Source: Chlamydiia bacterium
GTDB taxonomy: Bacteria; Chlamydiota; Chlamydiia; Chlamydiales; JBMOFD01
Assembly: GCA_049314435.1 (NCBI GenBank)
Contig: JBMOFD010000057.1
Location: 1-13,054 of the forward strand
Direction of reading: 5' to 3'
Length of the DNA stretch: 13,054 bases
Below, in pieces: positions 8,858-13,054 of the stretch; the stretch's first letter is position 1; each line of letters starts with the position of its first letter. Position numbers and translations under genes: made by a program. A model generated the notes under the pieces. That model saw only the letters and a list, made by a program, of their open reading frames with translations. It searched no databases and was not told the origin of the DNA.

Positions 8858-9629
8858 CCGGCTGCTGACTCGCGTAGAAGCCTACGTCGTACCCTGCTGA
8901 TCGTTCGAACCAGTAGTGGTAGAGGGGCAGGTTGAGGAAGCAGATCCCCCCAACGGTCTGGAGGAATTTGCGGTTGAAGAGGCAATCCTCACGAGGAGAG
9001 GGTGTCTCGATCCAGCGCATCCCCGCATTAAACGCCCAGCTACGCAAGCCAGGTACACCGTTCACAAGAGGATGGTGCTCGTCCTGGAGAGAGTTCTCAT
9101 CCACAATGGGAAAGAGAGGCAGAGCACCCAGGTCAAATCGGAGCTCCTGAAACTCCTCATCGGAGAGATGCCAGGTGCCAGGACGATTGAGCTCGGCGTG
9201 AGGGAGGATCGCACACCCGTGCAGCACCATCTCCACCTCCTCAAACTCCTCGAAAACGCGCATCATCGCCTCGATACGCTGAGGATGCGGTGCATCGTCA
9301 GCATCCTGGCAGATCAGAATGTCCCCAGTAGCTTTGCTGGCGGCAGCATTTCGATTGCCCCCACGCGTCACGGTGTGATTGTGGAGTACCCAGCGCACCT
9401 TCCGTGGAAAGGAGATCTGTGTGAGATCCTTCAGTACCGATCGGCTAAGCATGGCGATGCCGCTGAGTGAGATGACGACTTCATCGGGAAGACGCGTCTG
9501 TTGTTCCAGCCGATGCAGCAGATCGGGGAGATATTGAGCATGCCGATGGTGACAGGGAATCAGCATGGAACATGTAAGAGCGGTTCCCAGATGGCTCAAC
9601 GCCATCATGCAATACAACCAGACGCGCAT
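8790..9629 (-). CDS. Glycosyltransferase family 2 (GT-A fold) protein with signal-peptide-like N-terminus
   Basis: SMLIPCH (cf. SVIIPxYN), QQTRLPDEVVIS, GGNRNAAASKATGDILICQDADD (DxD), HPQRIE, ED motif (REDC), LPLYHY. SD-like GAGGA lies upstream on the minus strand. Confidence 0.85.
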   Translation of the reverse strand: MRVWLYCMMALSHLGTALTCSMLIPCHHRHAQYLPDLLHRLEQQTRLPDEVVISLSGIAMLSRSVLKDLTQISFPRKVRWVLHNHTVTRGGNRNAAASKATGDILICQDADDAPHPQRIEAMMRVFEEFEEVEMVLHGCAILPHAELNRPGTWHLSDEEFQELRFDLGALPLFPIVDENSLQDEHHPLVNGVPGLRSWAFNAGMRWIETPSPREDCLFNRKFLQTVGGICFLNLPLYHYWFERSAGYDVGFYASQQPVREAERRGEHLEPVGSSRRQAR

Positions 9630-9870
9630 GGTTAGATATCCTCAAAACGATCGCTTTCCCGACGAGATCTCGTAGTGGCGATCCGCAGCTATCCTAACGA
9701 CTTCATCCTGACATGTCATTAGGGAAGCGCTGATTGGCCTCACGTAGGCACTGTAAGGCGATTGTGATCCGAGAAGGTCACTAGCGTCCCTAAACGGCCA
9801 GAAGGGGCCCTGCCATTTGTCCTATCACTGGGAGAACACAAACGGCCTGTAGAATGGGTTCTCGGGGTTC

Positions 9871-9900
9871 TTGCAACGCCCAGGTGGCCCATGCTAAACT
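9871..9900 (+). promoter_or_regulatory. Sigma70/sigma66-type promoter upstream of the 102-aa ORF
   Basis: -35 TTGCAA (9871-9876), 18-nt spacer, -10 TAAACT (9895-9900), with extended -10 TG at 9892-9893. Confidence 0.55.
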
Positions 9901-9941
9901 CTCCTGGCTAAAAAGTCAGACATCTAGAAAGGAGAGTCATT

Positions 9942-10250
9942 TTGATACCAGCAGTTGAAGGTCTTAGCAAAGTGTTGGTTCCTTCACCCACCAAATGCCG
10001 CTCTGACCCCGTTATTGGCTTCAATAGTCCAGGGCAATCGGGAGCTCAAAGCCCTAGTCTCCAGTCCGGTCGAGTGGGTAGGCCTCCAGCAGGAGCGGTG
10101 CCGATCAATACATTTACACTCGGCCTACTGAAGAGTGATCAGAGCCTTGGGAAGTGGAGCGATAGGACACCTGGGTTCATGGAGAATGAGCGAAAACTGA
10201 TTCTAAAACCTACTCTGAGCGGTCCTACGCCGACCTGGGTTGACGCCTAA
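9942..10250 (+). CDS. Hypothetical Ser/Pro/Gly-rich small protein
   Basis: SD AAGGAG (9929-9934) lies 7 nt before a TTG start, downstream of the predicted promoter. No recognisable domain. Confidence 0.5.
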   Translation: MIPAVEGLSKVLVPSPTKCRSDPVIGFNSPGQSGAQSPSLQSGRVGRPPAGAVPINTFTLGLLKSDQSLGKWSDRTPGFMENERKLILKPTLSGPTPTWVDA

Positions 10251-10382
10251 GACCACGTTGTCCATGTCAGGTCTCAGCTAGCCTGAAAGGCTCTCTAGAG
10301 TTCCGGCGCGCGCATCTTTACAACCTATTTACTCAGTGAGCCTACACTGCCTGTGTAGGTTAAGCTTCATCAGGAGGAGTCG

Positions 10383-10907
10383 ATGTCAGCACCCATAGGA
10401 CGTGGAGGGCCACCTGGCCCATATAGCGCCGGAGGACCTCCAGGCCCATCATCAGCCAATCGTAGAGGGCCACCTGGCCCTTCATCGAGACCTGAACCAG
10501 ATGACGGCAGCTCTCTGTCGGTCTTAGCCTCTTTGGGCGCCGCGCTCGTACAGTGGATCGTCCCATCAGAAAGCCCCTCGCTAGCAGGCCGCGGTGGCCC
10601 ATCTACTGGTCATGCAACCATCAATGATGCGGCTCAGCGTAGGATGGGTCCTAGTTCATCAGGTGTTGGACGAGGCTGTCCTGTGACCTACAACGAACGC
10701 GGGGAGCCCTGTGCTTCGATTGGAGGCTCTCAGTCCAATGCTGCGCCCCGCAGTCAGCCCAGGGAAGTAGTTCGTGATCAACAGGGTCGTGCTCATGCAG
10801 CCATTGGATCTTCCAGCAAGGGCGGTGGGAATGCCAATGCGCATGCGTCTATCGGAGGCGGCGGGAATCAGCATGCCAGGATTGGGAACGATCGCAATCG
10901 GCTATAG
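10383..10907 (+). CDS. Hypothetical low-complexity repeat protein (candidate secreted effector)
   Basis: Strong SD AGGAGGAG (10372-10379) and ATG start. Three GPPGP repeats, a hydrophobic/amphipathic stretch at aa 45-60, and [H/C]A-x-I-G repeats encoded with varied synonymous codons. Confidence 0.8.
   Translation: MSAPIGRGGPPGPYSAGGPPGPSSANRRGPPGPSSRPEPDDGSSLSVLASLGAALVQWIVPSESPSLAGRGGPSTGHATINDAAQRRMGPSSSGVGRGCPVTYNERGEPCASIGGSQSNAAPRSQPREVVRDQQGRAHAAIGSSSKGGGNANAHASIGGGGNQHARIGNDRNRL
10401..10480 (+). repeat. Direct repeats encoding (R)(G/R)GPPGP
   Basis: CGTGGAGGGCCACCTGGCCC (10401-10420) and CGTAGAGGGCCACCTGGCCC (10461-10480) match at 19/20. A degenerate copy GGAGGACCTCCAGGCCC lies at 10431-10447. 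Confidence 0.85.
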
Positions 10908-10947
10908 TTCAAGGTTGACTCGATACTAGGAATTTTTGGGATTGATC

Positions 10948-10971
10948 TTTGGAGGCCGCATGGCCTCCAAA
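10948..10971. terminator. Perfect inverted repeat between convergent genes (possible bidirectional terminator or 3'-protective hairpin)
   Basis: TTTGGAGGCC-GCAT-GGCCTCCAAA is a 10-bp perfect stem. There is no downstream U-tract on either strand, so it is atypical for an intrinsic terminator. Confidence 0.5.
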
Positions 10972-11027
10972 AGTCTCCCGCCCACCAGCCAGAACTGACG
11001 ACGGCACAGAAGCTGACGTCGGTCGCG

Positions 11028-12989
11028 CTAGAGACCGACGACCTGCTGCGTCCGTGCCTGCAAGGCAGCGGCTAAGCGTGCTTCACCAGAGCCAGTGAGC
11101 TTCGCGACACCGGCATCGAGGAGCATCAGGAGATGGCGCTCTCTTGGAGACCGCTGATCGATGTCCACTCCGGCAGCGGCAAGACGATGCTGCCAAACCA
11201 CACGAGAGCGCATTAGGGTCACCACATTGTCGACATCCTCCATCTGAAGCATGAGAACGTCCAGGTCGTGGTTCTTGCTGGCAGCCTTGTCCAACTCATC
11301 TTTGAACACCCAGCGAGTGAAGCGTCGATTCCAGGTGAGCGGCACATGTTCGGGATCGGTGCTCATCAGAAGAGCACCAGGCAGATTGAATTCAGGAAGT
11401 GTTGAACCCGCACGTGTCGCCCGGTGGATGCCCTTCGCGAGGCCGCCTACGCCTGACAACTCACCTTCCAATAGTCCATCCAAACAGAGGGCATTTTGAC
11501 GCAGTGTGGCAAGACGATGCAGAAGCACCGGCTGCATCTCCGAAATGGTGTCGCGACCGTAGCAAATAGTTCGAAGGCCATCCTGAAGGGCTACTGGTCC
11601 ATTAGCTTGGTTTCGCACGTTCTTTAGCCACTCGAGCCGGTCCAGCACCCGTTGTGCCTGCTGGCGAGATTCCGCAGGAGGCCTCTTGTGGCCAGTTTCC
11701 GAGCCCTTTAGGTCTGCCATGTGTTGGAGAATGATCGCCAGGTATCGCTTAGCTCTGTCATCACCGAACTGCCAGGTCGAGGAAGTGCCACCTTTCAGTT
11801 CACCATGCACCTCACAGATCAGCTGATCAAGAGTACGCTTCGCCAGGAAGATCTCTTTTTGATGCTTACGCCAGGCCGGTATAGCCACCGACCCCGAACT
11901 CTCCCCTCTTGGAGCCCTTGGACGAGAGGTCTCGCCTTCCTGGCTTGGACCTGCTTGTTCAGCTTGCGCCTGGGCTTGGAAGGGCTCTTGGACTAACGTC
12001 GTGCTCAACCAGTCTAAGAGATTTGCACTCGTTGCCACCATCCATGGTTTTTCCATCGACTCAGCCCATGGTTGGGCCGTGTCGATGTCCCACTCCATAT
12101 AGTTGGAAACAACCAGATCCTTTCTGACGAATTGCGCCACGACGTCAGCCAGTGCAGCTAACCGGTCCTGCTGTTCGGCAGCCTCAAGCCCACTCGAGTA
12201 AACCAAGGGTGGGGGTGGGGCACGTTGATAGCTCTCTACCGCGTGTTGGACCCCATCGTTACGGAGCGATCGGATCATCATCAGCATGCCAGGCAATCGC
12301 ACAGCCGCAAGCATCCAACTGCCATAATACAGAGCCGACACAAGAAGACAGGCCATGGCAGCCATCCGAATGGCCTTGTGTGCCGCAGGGGGCATTTGAA
12401 GAGTATCGTTGACGAGTAGGCAAGCTCCCCCTACAGCCGTGCCCACTAACATGCCAAGAGGAGCCGTTGCCAACGTCAAGGCGGCCGTCACTATCATCAG
12501 TGCCATCAAGACATAACAAACACCGGCTCTAGCCCGTTTACTCGCACTTTGAACCAACTCCAGTCGATCGAGCTCGCCCACTAGCTTCTCGTAAGTCTGG
12601 GCTTCTCTTTCTCGGAGCTCACGCGGAGCAGCTCGCCCTGTGTCGCTAGCTAGAAATGCCGCGACTTCAGCGAGATCATTCTTTTTGTCCTCGATGAGCG
12701 CCCTCCCCTGTGCGAGCGCAGATCCAAAGGCCCTGGCCAACACCGACCCCAGAAATCCGAGAACAAATGCACCGACTCCAGAGATGCGCCTACACCCTAA
12801 CTTGGCCGCTATGGAACTGAGCCTAACAAACGTGTCGTACTGAACGAGAGACTCGAGGAGTAGACTGAAAATCTGTTCTAAAGAGGCACCCTCTGGAGCC
12901 GCTAAAGACTCTCCAGTACGTTTAACCATGTCATGGATGAACACAGCTTGCGTAAAACCATTACACCCGTAGACCACTGGTTGCATCAT
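11028..12989 (-). CDS. Hypothetical membrane protein with Inc-like bilobed hydrophobic domains
   Basis: 653-aa ORF with a charge-free stretch at aa ~155-193, a second hydrophobic block at ~209-239, a hydrophobic helix at ~69-95, a coiled-coil-like segment at ~96-150, and a long soluble C-terminus. Has its own promoter upstream. Confidence 0.8.
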   Translation of the reverse strand: MMQPVVYGCNGFTQAVFIHDMVKRTGESLAAPEGASLEQIFSLLLESLVQYDTFVRLSSIAAKLGCRRISGVGAFVLGFLGSVLARAFGSALAQGRALIEDKKNDLAEVAAFLASDTGRAAPRELREREAQTYEKLVGELDRLELVQSASKRARAGVCYVLMALMIVTAALTLATAPLGMLVGTAVGGACLLVNDTLQMPPAAHKAIRMAAMACLLVSALYYGSWMLAAVRLPGMLMMIRSLRNDGVQHAVESYQRAPPPPLVYSSGLEAAEQQDRLAALADVVAQFVRKDLVVSNYMEWDIDTAQPWAESMEKPWMVATSANLLDWLSTTLVQEPFQAQAQAEQAGPSQEGETSRPRAPRGESSGSVAIPAWRKHQKEIFLAKRTLDQLICEVHGELKGGTSSTWQFGDDRAKRYLAIILQHMADLKGSETGHKRPPAESRQQAQRVLDRLEWLKNVRNQANGPVALQDGLRTICYGRDTISEMQPVLLHRLATLRQNALCLDGLLEGELSGVGGLAKGIHRATRAGSTLPEFNLPGALLMSTDPEHVPLTWNRRFTRWVFKDELDKAASKNHDLDVLMLQMEDVDNVVTLMRSRVVWQHRLAAAGVDIDQRSPRERHLLMLLDAGVAKLTGSGEARLAAALQARTQQVVGL

Positions 12990-13019
12990 AGCGCCGCTTA
13001 ATTAAAATATTATCAGCTT

Positions 13020-13048
13020 ACTATAACACGGCGATCAACTAGCGGCAA
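13020..13048 (-). promoter_or_regulatory. Sigma70/sigma66-type promoter of the 653-aa gene
   Basis: Minus strand: -35 TTGCCG (13048-13043), 17-nt spacer, extended -10 TG-T-TATAGT (13025-13020), followed by an AT-rich leader. Confidence 0.65.
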
Positions 13049-13054
13049 TCAATG

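Noticed and set aside
8916..9470. 184-aa + strand ORF
   Set aside because: Antisense to the GT2 gene, which carries the clear catalytic motifs.
9630..10382. tRNA, tmRNA, RNase P, SRP or riboswitch (e.g. FMN near ribF) in the long intergenic regions
   Set aside because: No T-loop GTTCRA with CCA end, no GAGGAAAGTCC, and no FMN riboswitch consensus found on either strand by eye.
10401..10480. 20-nt repeats spaced 60 nt apart as a possible mini-CRISPR
   Set aside because: Only two close copies, in-frame and explained by GPPGP peptide repeats. The 'spacer' contains a degenerate third copy, and no cas genes are present.
12198..12221. APPPPLVY as a WW-binding PPxY motif in the 653-aa protein
   Set aside because: The spacing is P-P-L-V-Y, which does not match PPxY or LPxY.
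11251..12843. Short + strand ORFs opposite the 653-aa gene
   Set aside because: Short shadows of a long uninterrupted ORF that has its own promoter and a coherent hydrophobic architecture.

Overview
The first 9 kb is a housekeeping translation operon on the + strand: rpsA-nusA-infB-rbfA-truB-ribF. This gene order, with rpsA directly before nusA and no rimP, plus the NusA (MNKDLVAIF) and IF2 ([12 protein letters not shown]) N-termini, points to phylum Chlamydiae, here an apparently GC-rich lineage. The operon is preceded by a HepT/DUF86 HEPN RNase toxin gene and a clear sigma70/sigma66-type promoter. It has a ~140-nt structured rpsA leader with a perfect anti-Shine-Dalgarno helix, a candidate undescribed ribosomal-protein leader RNA. 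Downstream lies an accessory cluster of four genes: (1) a convergent, overlapping GT2 glycosyltransferase with a signal-peptide-like N-terminus; (2) a promoter-driven 102-aa Ser/Pro-rich ORF; (3) a 174-aa low-complexity protein with GPPGP repeats, an amphipathic helix and six A-x-I-G-type repeats; (4) a 653-aa protein with Inc-like bilobed hydrophobic domains. These may form a host-interaction (type III effector/Inc) cluster, which is inference only. No tRNA, rRNA, CRISPR array or transposase was recognised.
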